From positions 1-56,812 of the forward strand of contig JAFWMC010000063.1 of assembly GCA_017510805.1 (NCBI GenBank): DNA of 56,812 nt, given 5' to 3'. The DNA comes from Candidatus Saccharimonadota bacterium (GTDB taxonomy: Bacteria; Patescibacteriota; Saccharimonadia; Saccharimonadales; Saccharimonadaceae). Each line of letters opens with the position of its first letter. The first letter of the stretch is position 1. Made by a program: the position numbers and the translations under genes. A model generated the notes under the pieces. It was not told the DNA's origin and made no database searches. It saw nothing but the letters and a program-made list of their open reading frames with translations. Of this stretch, positions 28,205 through 38,899 are shown piece after piece.

Positions 28205-29368
28205 ATGCAAGATTTTAACTATTTACCAGACAATGTAATTTATTTAGATAGTGCCTGTCAATCCCTGCGTCCACGTCCAGTTATAGACAGTTTAAATACC
28301 TACTATACCGAGCATAATTCTTGTGGCGAACGTGTTAAATATAAATGGGGAAAAGTTACCGACGCTAAAGTTGAAGCTACCCGCGAGAAAGTTCTCAAAT
28401 ACTTAAAACTAAAATCTAGAGATTACTTTGTTTCCTTCACTCTTAATACTACCTATGGCTTAAATCTTATTCTCTCCCAGATAGATGTCAAGAAAGCCAA
28501 CGTTAAGCATGTCGTCACCTCTGATATTGAACATAACTCGCCTTTCTTAGCTAGCTTATCTTTTGCCAAGTCCCATCATCTGCCTCGTACCGTCCTCACT
28601 CGTAATGAAGATGGCTCTGTTAATATAGATGATATACCAGCAAATTCCGTCGTTGTCCTTGGCTGTGTTTCTAATTTAGATGGTCGCCGTCTTGCTAACA
28701 TTAAAGAAGTAGTTAAACATATACATAATACTGGTGGCATTATCATTATTGACGCTGCTCAGGCTCTTGCCCACTTTGCCAGTACTCTTTACAAAACCGA
28801 AGCCGACGCTATCTGTTTTTCTGCCCATAAAATGTATTCTGCCTCCTTAGGCGGAATCGTTTGTCGTCGTGATTTATTACCCGTTCTAAAGACTACCTTT
28901 ATCGGCGGAGGCATGGTTGACGATGTGAATTTAGATACTTTTGAGCTTTCAGCCGACAATCCCGACCATGCCTATACCAAATTTGAAGCTGGTCTTCAAG
29001 CCTGGGGAGAAATTATTGCGCTTGGCACTGCCATTGATTGGCTCAGCAATTTGCCAAAATCTGCTCATCAGCAGCTTAAGTCTAATAGTGAAGAATTATT
29101 TAATTTTCTCAACAATAATCCAAAATTCCATCTCATTAATCACGAGGCCAACTCTACCTCCACTTTCTTTGTCGAAGGTATCGATTCCCATCTTATCGGC
29201 GAAGCCCTCGGTGACGAGGGAATTATGGCTCGCACCGGCTATTTCTGTGTCCACTACTATCTAGACCATCTCAAACATTACCCACCACTCATTCGTTTTT
29301 CGCTCGGCTTCCATAACCGTCCAGACGACATAGCAAAAGTCATTGAGCGTCTTTCTCGTCTGGCTTAA
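28205..29368 (+). CDS. PLP-dependent class V aminotransferase, SufS-like cysteine desulfurase
   Basis: YLDSA, EHNS, IDAAQ, FSAHKM (PLP Lys), GGGMV, FEAG, RTGYFC (catalytic Cys position). Confidence 0.85.
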   Translation: MQDFNYLPDNVIYLDSACQSLRPRPVIDSLNTYYTEHNSCGERVKYKWGKVTDAKVEATREKVLKYLKLKSRDYFVSFTLNTTYGLNLILSQIDVKKANVKHVVTSDIEHNSPFLASLSFAKSHHLPRTVLTRNEDGSVNIDDIPANSVVVLGCVSNLDGRRLANIKEVVKHIHNTGGIIIIDAAQALAHFASTLYKTEADAICFSAHKMYSASLGGIVCRRDLLPVLKTTFIGGGMVDDVNLDTFELSADNPDHAYTKFEAGLQAWGEIIALGTAIDWLSNLPKSAHQQLKSNSEELFNFLNNNPKFHLINHEANSTSTFFVEGIDSHLIGEALGDEGIMARTGYFCVHYYLDHLKHYPPLIRFSLGFHNRPDDIAKVIERLSRLA

Positions 29369-29377
29369 TGTCTATGC

Positions 29378-29406
29378 TTGCAGCTAGATTTTTATCGTGC
29401 TAAACT
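29378..29406 (+). promoter_or_regulatory. Sigma70 promoter
   Basis: TTGCAG-17 nt-TAAACT with extended TG; AAAGGA SD before ATG 29444. Confidence 0.55.
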
Positions 29407-29443
29407 GATATTTAGACAAGCCATTGAGTAAGAAAGGAATCAA

Positions 29444-31135
29444 ATGAGAGTTTTTACTCGTATGGCTTTTTGCCTAAGTCTTTTGGGGGTATCGTTTATC
29501 ATTAATATGCAATCAGCGTCGGCTACCAGCGCCTGGGACTATAATCCGGGCAATATCATTAGTGATGCTGTTATGCGCAATTCCAGCAGTATGGACGAAG
29601 GTGCCATTCAAAATTTCCTTAAATCTAAAAATTCTTGTAATGATACACGTACCTACATTGCTAGTTGGTATCCTACGGTTTCATACCACATTGAAAACGG
29701 CCACTTTGTCTGTATGGCCGACGAATCATTTAATGGTCAGTCTGCTGCCCATATTATTTACAGGGCTGCGCAAGATTATCATATTAACCCTCAAGTTCTG
29801 ATTGTCTTACTCCAAAAAGAGCAAGGGCTAGTCACCGACACTTTTCCGCATAATTATCAATATCGCACTGCTGCCGGCTACGGCTGTCCAGATACCTCCG
29901 CCTGCGAATCTCGCTACTATGGCTTTGAGAACCAAGTTCGCAATGCAGCCGCACTCTTCGATAGTGTTTTAAATGGTGGCTGGACGAATTACCCAATAGG
30001 GAATAGATATGTTCTTTACAGTCCACGTGGTGGTTGCGGTGGCAGTACAATTAATATTGAGAACCGTGCCACCTCTGCCCTCTATCGCTACACGCCCTAT
30101 CAGCCTAATGATGCCGCCAAAAATGCAGGCTATGGTACCGGTGATTATTGTAGTAGCTATGGTAATCGCAACTTCTTCCTCTATTTCTCAGATTGGTTTG
30201 GTTCTACTCAGGCTCAAGAGCAAAACGTAACCACAATCAAACAGCCTCTTTCTGCCCCCGAGTTTTATATTCCAGATGGCAATTATCAACTCCTTACTAC
30301 TTCTGGTAAGGCCCTAGATGTTTCTGGTGCTGGCACGAGCAACGGCACCAATATTCAAATCTGGACTAAAAATGGCACCGCCGCCCAAACCTTTTATATC
30401 TCAAGACGCTCCGATGGATATTACAAAATTGCCAACCCCAATTCGGGAAAAGTATTAGATGTTAGCGGCGCAAGTATGGATAATGGAGCCAATATTCAAA
30501 TATGGGAAGATAACGATACTTGTGCGCAAAAATGGGTAGCCTCAATCCAAGATGGTAACTATGTTTTGAGGAATGCTTGCTCTGGTAACGCTCTTGATGT
30601 ATCTGGTGGTCATGTGGCCACAGAGGGTCAAAATGTCCAAAGCTGGGAGGTTAACGGCACTAAAGCCCAGACTTGGCGGCTTGTCGCGCTTGATGCTGCA
30701 ATTATTAGGGGTGGGACTTATAGTTTTCGTACTGTAGAGGGTAAAACTTCTCTTGATGTATACAACTCCGAAATGCGGAATGGCGCAAATATCCAGATTT
30801 GGTCAAATAATACATCCGAGGCGCAAAAATTTAAACTTTCCCGTGGAACCGATGGCTACTACCGCATCTTCCATCCTTATGTTGGACGTTCTGTAGATGT
30901 TAGCGGTGCCAGCACGGCCAACGGTACCAATATTCAGCTATGGGAAGATAATGACACATGTGCTCAAAAGTGGGCAATCAGTCAATCTGATGAGTACTAT
31001 GTTTTTCGTAATGCCTGTTCTGGCAAAGCCTTAGATGTAAATAGTGGCGCCATTAATATAGACCAAACTAATGTTCATCTTTGGGAAGTGAATGACACTA
31101 ATGCTCAAAAATGGAAATTAATTGGCAGAAGGTGA
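29444..31135 (+). CDS. Secreted protein: Cys-containing putative hydrolase domain + two RICIN (beta-trefoil) lectin domains
   Basis: Signal peptide; PGNIISD, INPQVLIVLLQKEQ, GYGCPD, ATSALYRYTPY; six LDV...NIQ.W...AQ.W/F subrepeats. Confidence 0.8.
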   Translation: MRVFTRMAFCLSLLGVSFIINMQSASATSAWDYNPGNIISDAVMRNSSSMDEGAIQNFLKSKNSCNDTRTYIASWYPTVSYHIENGHFVCMADESFNGQSAAHIIYRAAQDYHINPQVLIVLLQKEQGLVTDTFPHNYQYRTAAGYGCPDTSACESRYYGFENQVRNAAALFDSVLNGGWTNYPIGNRYVLYSPRGGCGGSTINIENRATSALYRYTPYQPNDAAKNAGYGTGDYCSSYGNRNFFLYFSDWFGSTQAQEQNVTTIKQPLSAPEFYIPDGNYQLLTTSGKALDVSGAGTSNGTNIQIWTKNGTAAQTFYISRRSDGYYKIANPNSGKVLDVSGASMDNGANIQIWEDNDTCAQKWVASIQDGNYVLRNACSGNALDVSGGHVATEGQNVQSWEVNGTKAQTWRLVALDAAIIRGGTYSFRTVEGKTSLDVYNSEMRNGANIQIWSNNTSEAQKFKLSRGTDGYYRIFHPYVGRSVDVSGASTANGTNIQLWEDNDTCAQKWAISQSDEYYVFRNACSGKALDVNSGAINIDQTNVHLWEVNDTNAQKWKLIGRR

Positions 31136-31147
31136 TATAATAGTATT

Positions 31148-32233
31148 ATGGTTTGTATTGCAGCATTTATTATTTTATGTTTAATTTCTGTTGTCGTTGC
31201 TTTTTTGAGCATCTTCAAGCGTGACATTGGCAAAAAATGGTGGACAGTTTTTAAAAAGGCTTGGCACTGCGTCTTTAAAAAAGTCCGCCTTCAGAAATGC
31301 GACACAAATTTTAAAGATGATGTAAAAAATACAATACTAAAGAAGGTCATCATTAAACATCCCAAATGGGTCAAGCCGATATCTGTTACCATAGAAATAG
31401 TCTCAGTTCTTATTGTAATAATTACAATTTGGTCTATTGTAATTGCCGTTAAATCCCTTCTTGCCATATGGGTCTTTGGCACCTGTAACGTTTCTCAGCC
31501 TGCTAGCTGCTCGCTAGGCGCTGAAGTTTGCTCTATTGACGAAGAAGAGCCAGACGGTTTCTTTGGCGGTATTGGTCGCTGGTTTACAGAATGGGGTGAA
31601 ATCTTCGCCGCCATTCCAGACCGGCTCCATGCTTGGCCAGCAGAGAATTATGCCGTAGGTATTTTTGCCACTAGTAATTCTGCCTCAGTCAGTAATGCCG
31701 ATGGTCAAAACAGTGGCAATCGCGCTCTAGATATTGTTGATCCAGGCTGCTCCATCTGTATGCAGTCGTATAAAAACCAACTAAGTAGCGATTTTATCAA
31801 TACACACAATCTTATCGTCATGCCTTACGTCATTAAACTCCCCGATGGTACTGAAAAATTCAAAAATTCCGAGCTAGCCACTCGCCACCTCATTGCTCTA
31901 GCACTCTATGACAATGCCGAAAATTCTGAAACTAACCATTACAAAATGTTCCTAGATCGCCTCTTTACCGAGTATAATAAAGACCATATTAACTATCAGT
32001 CCTATGTTCAATCTCTTTCTGCCGAGCAAGCCGACAAACTGTTCCAATCATGGCTGAAAGATTTTGGTATTAAAAGCTCTGATATTACAGTTATCAAAGA
32101 CCGTCTTAATTCTGAAGTCGTCAATAATTACCTAGCAGAAATAGCCAATATGGTAGAAAACACCATCAAAGCTAAAGGTATTCCTACACTTATTTATGAT
32201 AACCAGCTTCACTCCGGGCTATTTAAATCATGA
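31148..32233 (+). CDS. Membrane-anchored thioredoxin-fold (DsbA-like) protein
   Basis: Two TM segments; DPGCSIC (CxxC) and a C-terminal GIPT cis-Pro-loop-like motif. Confidence 0.6.
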   Translation: MVCIAAFIILCLISVVVAFLSIFKRDIGKKWWTVFKKAWHCVFKKVRLQKCDTNFKDDVKNTILKKVIIKHPKWVKPISVTIEIVSVLIVIITIWSIVIAVKSLLAIWVFGTCNVSQPASCSLGAEVCSIDEEEPDGFFGGIGRWFTEWGEIFAAIPDRLHAWPAENYAVGIFATSNSASVSNADGQNSGNRALDIVDPGCSICMQSYKNQLSSDFINTHNLIVMPYVIKLPDGTEKFKNSELATRHLIALALYDNAENSETNHYKMFLDRLFTEYNKDHINYQSYVQSLSAEQADKLFQSWLKDFGIKSSDITVIKDRLNSEVVNNYLAEIANMVENTIKAKGIPTLIYDNQLHSGLFKS

Positions 32234-34476
32234 GAAAATGCGACTTAACTATTGGTGTAACTGCCCACAACGAAGGTATCCTTGCCCACAAGACTATGCT
32301 CAGTATCTTTGAGGCGGCCAAGCTTTTAGATCGGCATAAAATTACCTATGAAATCTTAGTCCACATTGATAAGGGCGATAAACTCACCAAAGACAATTTT
32401 AAAGTATATAACAATTCACATCTTCGTATTATAGAGGGGGACTTTAGTGATCTCGGCCTATCTAGGAATCACCTAGCTTCCATGGCAAAAGGAAAATACC
32501 TCGCCTTTCTAGATGCCGACGATCTAGTTTCTAGTAATTGGTATTACGATGCTTACCGAAAATTAATAAAAAGTAAAAAGCCGATCCTTGTCCATCCAGC
32601 ATATAATCTTACTTTTGGTAGAGGAATCACCAACCAAGTTTTATGGTATGTTCATGGTACACATAGTTATACCACGGATGCTTTCTTGTCCGTTGGCGTG
32701 AATTGTTGGACCTCCTGCGTAATGGGTACTACTTCAACTTTTCTTGATCATCCATATCCTGCTACTGCTCATGGATATGGTAATGAAGATTGGTTTTTTA
32801 ATACTGAGGCTCTCTCTTATGGTATCCTCCATCTCACTGTTCCCAATGCCGTCCACTTTTATCGCCAGCGCCCCAACTCTTTATTATCTCAGAGCAACAC
32901 CCAAAACTTAGCCCAGGGATATTCGCATCTTCTAGATATACATACTTTTCGCAAACTAAAATCAGACAATATTAAAATGTCCAAGATTCGCCCAGATCTT
33001 GTTTCTGATGCGACTGATGCGATTCCGCCAGAACCAAAAGAGCCTACCACCCCCATCGAGCCAGACCTTCCTCCGCCTCGTCGCTCGCTTCTTTACCGTG
33101 TTGCTCGTCATGCATATCACATAATTTTTCCTCCAAAAGCTCTGGAGCCAGCCGTTGAAGAAGATGCTCCAGAGCCAGAGACTCCGCCACCGCGTCCGGG
33201 GGATCTCGTCCCCCCTGCTGTTTTAAATGAATGGCGCAAGATTAGCAAAATAGAAACCAGCCTATATCCGACTGAAGGTAGCCTTTTTAACCTCACCGAA
33301 TATCACGCCGACACTCAAATTGAGCAAGGTTTAGCATATCATCAATTAATTCAACCAATTGACGGCCAACTCCCCTATTACATCTTTATCGTTCCTTGGG
33401 TTTCTGTTGGTGGGGCCGACAAACTCCTCATAAATTACCTTAAAGCCATTGAACAGATTCATCCAGACCGTAAAGTCGCCGTCATCACCACAGTCCCCAA
33501 TGATAACAAATGGCAAGCTAAATTACCCAAAAATTCCTACCATATTGATTTTGGCAACATTACTAAAGAAATTTTAGATTTTCCGCGGCTAGACCGTATA
33601 TTTACTCGCCTTATCGTCCAGCTCCAAGCTAAAAATATTCACATTATAAATTCTGAATTTGCATATCAATGGGCTTCAGTTCACCAAACACTTATCAAGG
33701 ATAACTATACTTTAGATGTTTCTATTTTTGGAAGAGTACCAATTCCTGAAACAGGAAACCGTGCCTATCATGATTATGCAGACCCAGATATTATAGCCAT
33801 ATATCCACTCATACACAATATATATACCGACAATCAAAATACCGTAAAAGAACGTGTCATACAACATAATTTTTCGCCACACAAGTTTGTGGTAGAATAT
33901 CAGCCAGCAGAAAACAATTTACTGGCAATTACGCCCATCTATAATAAATATAATTCAGCGCCGCTTAAAATTCTTTGGGCTTCGCGGGTTGAGTCTACTA
34001 AAAACCCTGAGCTACTCATTGCTATAGCGAAAAAACTAGATCCTGCTGAATACACAATTGACGTATATGGCACTTTCTGTAATGGGTATAGCGCTGAAGA
34101 TTTTGATAATATTCCCGCACTTCATTATTGCGGCGCCTTTAAATCTATTGATGAATTACCAATCGATAAATACGATTCATTTCTTTATACGTCGCGCTCT
34201 GATGGTTTACCGAATATATTATTAGAGATGGCTGCTCGCGGAATACCGATAATTGCTAGCGATGCCGGTGGCGTAGGCGACTTCATAAAACCTAATCAAA
34301 CTGGGCTTTTAATTAAAGAACAAAATAATCCAGAACCATATCTTGATGCGCTACAATACGCTTCTTCTCATCCAAGCGAAATGACTAAGCTTGCCAAAGG
34401 TGCTCGCACATTATGTGAAAAGCGGCACTCCTTCGAAGCATACCTACAAAGCATGCGCCGTCACTTTAAAGAGTAG
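32230..34476 (+). CDS. Fused GT2 + GT4 glycosyltransferase (paralog 1)
   Basis: AHNEG, SRN, FLDADD, NEDW; then GGADK, WASR...KNP, DGLPNILLE, DAGG. Confidence 0.85.
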   Translation: MRKCDLTIGVTAHNEGILAHKTMLSIFEAAKLLDRHKITYEILVHIDKGDKLTKDNFKVYNNSHLRIIEGDFSDLGLSRNHLASMAKGKYLAFLDADDLVSSNWYYDAYRKLIKSKKPILVHPAYNLTFGRGITNQVLWYVHGTHSYTTDAFLSVGVNCWTSCVMGTTSTFLDHPYPATAHGYGNEDWFFNTEALSYGILHLTVPNAVHFYRQRPNSLLSQSNTQNLAQGYSHLLDIHTFRKLKSDNIKMSKIRPDLVSDATDAIPPEPKEPTTPIEPDLPPPRRSLLYRVARHAYHIIFPPKALEPAVEEDAPEPETPPPRPGDLVPPAVLNEWRKISKIETSLYPTEGSLFNLTEYHADTQIEQGLAYHQLIQPIDGQLPYYIFIVPWVSVGGADKLLINYLKAIEQIHPDRKVAVITTVPNDNKWQAKLPKNSYHIDFGNITKEILDFPRLDRIFTRLIVQLQAKNIHIINSEFAYQWASVHQTLIKDNYTLDVSIFGRVPIPETGNRAYHDYADPDIIAIYPLIHNIYTDNQNTVKERVIQHNFSPHKFVVEYQPAENNLLAITPIYNKYNSAPLKILWASRVESTKNPELLIAIAKKLDPAEYTIDVYGTFCNGYSAEDFDNIPALHYCGAFKSIDELPIDKYDSFLYTSRSDGLPNILLEMAARGIPIIASDAGGVGDFIKPNQTGLLIKEQNNPEPYLDALQYASSHPSEMTKLAKGARTLCEKRHSFEAYLQSMRRHFKE

Positions 34477-34480
34477 AAAA

Positions 34481-36010
34481 TCAAAAGTTATCTACCACCG
34501 GCTTAACATCGACTAGCAAATGGTCGCCCTTCAAATAGAGAGTATAATAATATGTTTCGCTGATTTTTTCCATTTCGTTTTTATCCCAACGCTCAGCCCA
34601 CCAGCCGATAATCTTGTCAGTAGTATAATGCGATTCAAAGAACGAATAATACCATACATCCATTGAAAATCCACGTACTCCGCGCGTTACAACCTTTTCT
34701 GCTACTGGATATACTTTTACTACATGGTGCATAATCGGTGAAAATCCTACATCACCCTGAATTTGGATATATGGCAATTCCTCAAAATTGGGATATCTGT
34801 TAGCAAGTTCATTCATCAAAGTTTGCGTTCGATAATTTGCAAAAACTTTTTGGTCAGCCATGCCATTTCCGATTGCTATTGTGCAGGTAAAAAACGCATA
34901 AACCAAAACTACTATAGGTATCATTAAGAACCTTAACAGTGAGCGTTTTCCTATAAAATAAGCCGTAAGTATCGCTATCATCGCAAACATTACACTAATT
35001 CCTGCTAGCGCTCTGCTATCCATTGGCGCCTCTCTTAATGCTAAGTATGTCCCATATGATAAAGCCAGCATCATGCCAGCCCCAACATATGCAATAACTA
35101 CATCTATAATTTTCCAGACCCCCTTCTTCTTTGAAAAACTAAACACCCCAATTCCGAATACGCCAGCCATCATCCAGTAGAGCGTTTTCCAGAAACCATT
35201 GGAATTTACCAGTAGCGTATATAAATATTCTCTAAAATTATGCCATACACCTCTTGGCATTTCGGTAATTGTAAACATCGAAATATCTCGGTATTCACCA
35301 CCAGTTGGTATGCATCTGAATATTATCGCTGCTACGACATAGAACAATACAGACAAGAATACTTTTCTAAAGATAATTTTCCAACTTTTTCCATCTAGCA
35401 AATCCTTTATAGTGAGGCCAATACATACCACCACAAATATTCCGCTTGAAGCTTGGTATGATGTCCACATCACAAGAAGTGGCAGAACAAATATAGCAGC
35501 AAGTTTTATCAGCTGCCACTTTGTATTTTTCTCGCCCAATTTATGCCAAAACAGAAACGGCAGTACACTTGCTACCACACTAAGCGCCATACACGGAGCA
35601 TCAAATTTATACAGCCATCGTTCAAGTCCAAAAGGCACTAGCCCTAGCATTAATGACGCTATAGTTACTAAAACTGTTGGTTTTTGTATTTTGCCATCTT
35701 TTGCCGTCACCGATATAATCAAAATAACACTAGCCACCGCCAATAGTGCCATCGCTACTATTTGCGTCCACGGCGATAGATCTACTAAATTGGTACTAGT
35801 ATTGAGTAAGTACGCTAGCACCGAAGATGAATATCTCCCAAAATCCCCAGACCAATTATATCCGCCTAGCGCCCGACCATTGTCATCAAGATGTGTAATA
35901 TCCGCTCTCCAAATTGCCAGCATGGCCAGACAGTATACACCAATAATTATCAAAAACACTTTAGTGTATGGCTTTATTTTTACTAAAATCTTCTTCCAAT
36001 ACTCTCCCAT
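34481..36010 (-). CDS. GtrII-like (GT-C) membrane glycosyltransferase
   Basis: DD.GR...W...GRY, DLSPW.Q, YKFD, SYQA motifs; many TM segments. Confidence 0.75.
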   Translation of the reverse strand: MGEYWKKILVKIKPYTKVFLIIIGVYCLAMLAIWRADITHLDDNGRALGGYNWSGDFGRYSSSVLAYLLNTSTNLVDLSPWTQIVAMALLAVASVILIISVTAKDGKIQKPTVLVTIASLMLGLVPFGLERWLYKFDAPCMALSVVASVLPFLFWHKLGEKNTKWQLIKLAAIFVLPLLVMWTSYQASSGIFVVVCIGLTIKDLLDGKSWKIIFRKVFLSVLFYVVAAIIFRCIPTGGEYRDISMFTITEMPRGVWHNFREYLYTLLVNSNGFWKTLYWMMAGVFGIGVFSFSKKKGVWKIIDVVIAYVGAGMMLALSYGTYLALREAPMDSRALAGISVMFAMIAILTAYFIGKRSLLRFLMIPIVVLVYAFFTCTIAIGNGMADQKVFANYRTQTLMNELANRYPNFEELPYIQIQGDVGFSPIMHHVVKVYPVAEKVVTRGVRGFSMDVWYYSFFESHYTTDKIIGWWAERWDKNEMEKISETYYYTLYLKGDHLLVDVKPVVDNF

Positions 36011-36087
36011 AATCTAATTATAGCATATATACTCTTTGTCGTGGCTTCGCATAGACTAACTTTAGCCAAGCTCTAATTTTATACTGC

Positions 36088-36116
36088 TTGCATTTTTCCA
36101 TAAAATATATTACAAT
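36088..36116 (+). promoter_or_regulatory. Sigma70 promoter
   Basis: TTGCAT-17 nt-TACAAT, 9 nt before ATG 36126. Confidence 0.6.
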
Positions 36117-36125
36117 GTAATTAAC

Positions 36126-36719
36126 ATGAGAAATAAGGTCGCCAAGCAAAAAAAGTATAATTCTGCAAGCCGCCAGCTACCTATATACCGCCAGCCACGG
36201 TTTTATATAATTTTAGTGTTTGTAATAATAATGATTCTCGGAATATATCTTATTGTCTCTCGCACAGGTTCTTCCAATAAAGAAATTGAGACCTCTAATA
36301 ACACTATCGGTGCTGTTCCATCCAAAACCGAAGCCAAAGGCGAAAATTCCGAAGAAGAAGATAAAAATGCCGCCACTGGCAAGAAACAAACCCCATCACA
36401 GTATGACGGTGACGACCCAAATAAGCTAGACGAAATCACCGGCTACATTAGCTATTCCGCTGTTAATTATGATAATTACAATATCCGCTTAACTATCAAT
36501 CAGTACCTCACTTCTGGCTCCTGTGAACTCGCCTTAACCTCCGCAGATGGTCAAGTCATCACCAAGACTGCACCCGTCGTCGCTTCTGCTTCCACTTCTA
36601 CTTGTCAAGGTTTTGACATTCCGCTTTCAGAATTATCATCATCAAATAGTTGGCAAATAAGCATCAACATCTCAGCCGAAGACAAAAAAGGTACCATTAC
36701 AGGAGATATTAGCCTATGA
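36126..36719 (+). CDS. Hypothetical single-TM protein with a low-complexity linker and a beta-rich Cys-pair domain
   Basis: Basic N-terminus, TM helix, GSC.L.L...STCQGFDIP; overlaps the next start codon. Confidence 0.7.
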   Translation: MRNKVAKQKKYNSASRQLPIYRQPRFYIILVFVIIMILGIYLIVSRTGSSNKEIETSNNTIGAVPSKTEAKGENSEEEDKNAATGKKQTPSQYDGDDPNKLDEITGYISYSAVNYDNYNIRLTINQYLTSGSCELALTSADGQVITKTAPVVASASTSTCQGFDIPLSELSSSNSWQISINISAEDKKGTITGDISL

Positions 36720-38863
36720 CTCACCGCCGTATAGATTTTCGTCGTGTTCTTTTCCTTATTTTTGCCTTTGTTATGGTTTTTACATTCTCGCTCCTGGCCA
36801 CCAAAAATACCTTAAAAACCAACGCTGAAGGCTTTGATCCTGGCAACATTATCAGTGACGCCGCCATGCGCGACTATAACAGCCTCTCTGAAGCAGATAT
36901 TCAAAACTTCTTGAAGTCTAAAAATTCCTGCAACGATACAAACTTATCAAAGACCGGTAACAATGTCGACTATTTATCAGAAAACAGTCCATATAGTTGG
37001 CATGTCAAAGACGGTCACTATGTCTGTATGGCCGATGAGACATTTAACGGTGGTACAGCTGCGCAAATTATTTACCGAGCCGCCCAAGATTATCACATTA
37101 ACCCTAAAGTCTTAATTGTTCTTCTTGAAAAAGAACAAAGCCTAGTCCGTGATACTTTCCCCAATAGTGTACAGTATCGTTCCGCTACTGGCTACGGTTG
37201 CCCAGACACCGCCGCCTGCGACTCGAAATATTACGGATTAAATAACCAGATTCGCAATGCCGCTGCTATGTTTAACGATGTCCTCAATGGGGGTTGGACA
37301 AACTATCCAGTAGGGAATAACTACATTCAGTATAATCCAAAATCATCATGCGGTGGTAGTACTGTGTTTGTTCGTAATTTAGCAACATCAGCTCTCTACC
37401 GCTATACTCCATATCAGCCTGGTGGCGATGCCAATAGCGATTGTGCCGCATACGGTAATCTTAACTTTTACAATTTTTATACAAATTGGTTTGGCTCCAC
37501 CCAACAAGTTTTTAAATCCTCCGATTTAGAGTCCACCTATCTCCCAGATGGTACATATAATATTGTCTCCGCTGGTGGTGGAGAAATGGCGATAGATGTG
37601 GAAAACTACGGCACAACAAATGGCACTAATATCCAAATCTTTAATTATTCAAAAGATAATAAAGCGCAGCAGTTTAAGATTACGCGTGAGTCCGATGGTT
37701 TCTATAAAATAGCGAGCATAATTTCTGGAAAAGTCCTAGATGTCTCTGGTGGTAGCGTTTTGCCCGGAGCCAATCTTCAGCTTCATCAGTCAAATGGAAC
37801 TTGCGCTCAAAAATGGGCAATTAGTTACGATATAAATAAGCATTTCGTTTTTAGAAGTGCCTGTTCTGGCAATAGTATAGACGTTAATGGCGGCGCAACA
37901 AATATTGCAAATACTAATGTTCAGTCCTTCACTTATAATAAGACCGTTGCACAGGAATGGGACTTAGTCTCGCTTGATAGCGCCACGGTTGCCGACGGAG
38001 ATTATAGTATTGTTACGAATACTGGCTATGCTATCGATATTGCTGGCGGTAGCACTTCTAACGGTGCTAATGTTCAGCTCTTCAGCCGTAATTTCACTAA
38101 CGCCCAGGTCATGCACTTGACTCGTCTTCCGGACGGCTTTTATTCCATTACTAACCCTCAAGCAAATAAAGCCTTTGATGTGAGAGACGGTAGTACTGCA
38201 AACGGTGCTAACATCCAAATCTGGGGTTTCAGTAACACCTGCCCTCAGAGATGGGCTATTGAATCTAAACCAAATGGCTTTTACGTAATTCGCAATGCTT
38301 GCTCAGGCAATGTAATTGACGTTTCTGGTGGAGCCATCACCACCAGTGGTGCTAATATCCAATCACACATGTATAATGGTACAAACGCTCAAATGTGGAT
38401 GTTCTTATCCCCCACAAAAGACACTAGTTTAAGTGGAGGCACGTACTATCTAAAAACTCATCAAGGGCTTGCTCTAGACGTTGTAGGCGCAAGTAAGAAT
38501 AACGGTGCCAACATCCAAATATACGCAGCCAACCAAACCAAGGCTCAAGAGTTTAAATTCGAGCTGGGAAACGACGGATATTACACTATCACCAATACAA
38601 ATTCAAACAAAGTCATTGATGTTTCTGGTGGCAGCTCAAATAATGGCGCCAATATCCAGATTCACGTCAGTAATGGCACTTGCGCCCAAAAATGGCTTGC
38701 GATTCCGAGTGCGTCATCTGGTTATTATACTTTTCGCAATGCTTGCTCTGGTAAGACAATGGATGTTAGTGGCGGCTATATTGGCACGGGAGGCGCCAAT
38801 GTACAACTATTTGAATATAATTCTACCATTGCTCAACAATGGCTTCCAGTTCGCGTACAGTAG
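36716..38863 (+). CDS. Secreted putative hydrolase + three RICIN domains (paralog of 29444-31135)
   Basis: FDPGNIISD, INPKVLIVLLEKEQ, GYGCPD, ATSALYRYTPY; nine DV...N.Q...AQ.W/F subrepeats. Confidence 0.8.
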   Translation: MTHRRIDFRRVLFLIFAFVMVFTFSLLATKNTLKTNAEGFDPGNIISDAAMRDYNSLSEADIQNFLKSKNSCNDTNLSKTGNNVDYLSENSPYSWHVKDGHYVCMADETFNGGTAAQIIYRAAQDYHINPKVLIVLLEKEQSLVRDTFPNSVQYRSATGYGCPDTAACDSKYYGLNNQIRNAAAMFNDVLNGGWTNYPVGNNYIQYNPKSSCGGSTVFVRNLATSALYRYTPYQPGGDANSDCAAYGNLNFYNFYTNWFGSTQQVFKSSDLESTYLPDGTYNIVSAGGGEMAIDVENYGTTNGTNIQIFNYSKDNKAQQFKITRESDGFYKIASIISGKVLDVSGGSVLPGANLQLHQSNGTCAQKWAISYDINKHFVFRSACSGNSIDVNGGATNIANTNVQSFTYNKTVAQEWDLVSLDSATVADGDYSIVTNTGYAIDIAGGSTSNGANVQLFSRNFTNAQVMHLTRLPDGFYSITNPQANKAFDVRDGSTANGANIQIWGFSNTCPQRWAIESKPNGFYVIRNACSGNVIDVSGGAITTSGANIQSHMYNGTNAQMWMFLSPTKDTSLSGGTYYLKTHQGLALDVVGASKNNGANIQIYAANQTKAQEFKFELGNDGYYTITNTNSNKVIDVSGGSSNNGANIQIHVSNGTCAQKWLAIPSASSGYYTFRNACSGKTMDVSGGYIGTGGANVQLFEYNSTIAQQWLPVRVQ

Positions 38864-38899
38864 TTGCTTTCGGTGGCTAAAAATAGTATAATTATCTTA

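Noticed and set aside
35412-36017. 201-aa plus-strand ORF opposite the GtrII-like gene
   Set aside because: It is an antisense shadow with no motifs; the minus-strand gene has family motifs and its own promoter.
30270-38850. Recurrent ~140-bp similar segments (AATATCCAAAT, TGCGCTCAAAAATGG, GCTTGCTCTGG)
   Set aside because: These are explained by RICIN subdomain repeats within two proteins; they are not a DGR template/variable pair or a CRISPR array.
38864-38899. TTG start for the second GT2-GT4 fusion
   Set aside because: This stretch is the promoter itself (TTGCTT-17-TATAAT); alignment with the paralog supports ATG 38900.
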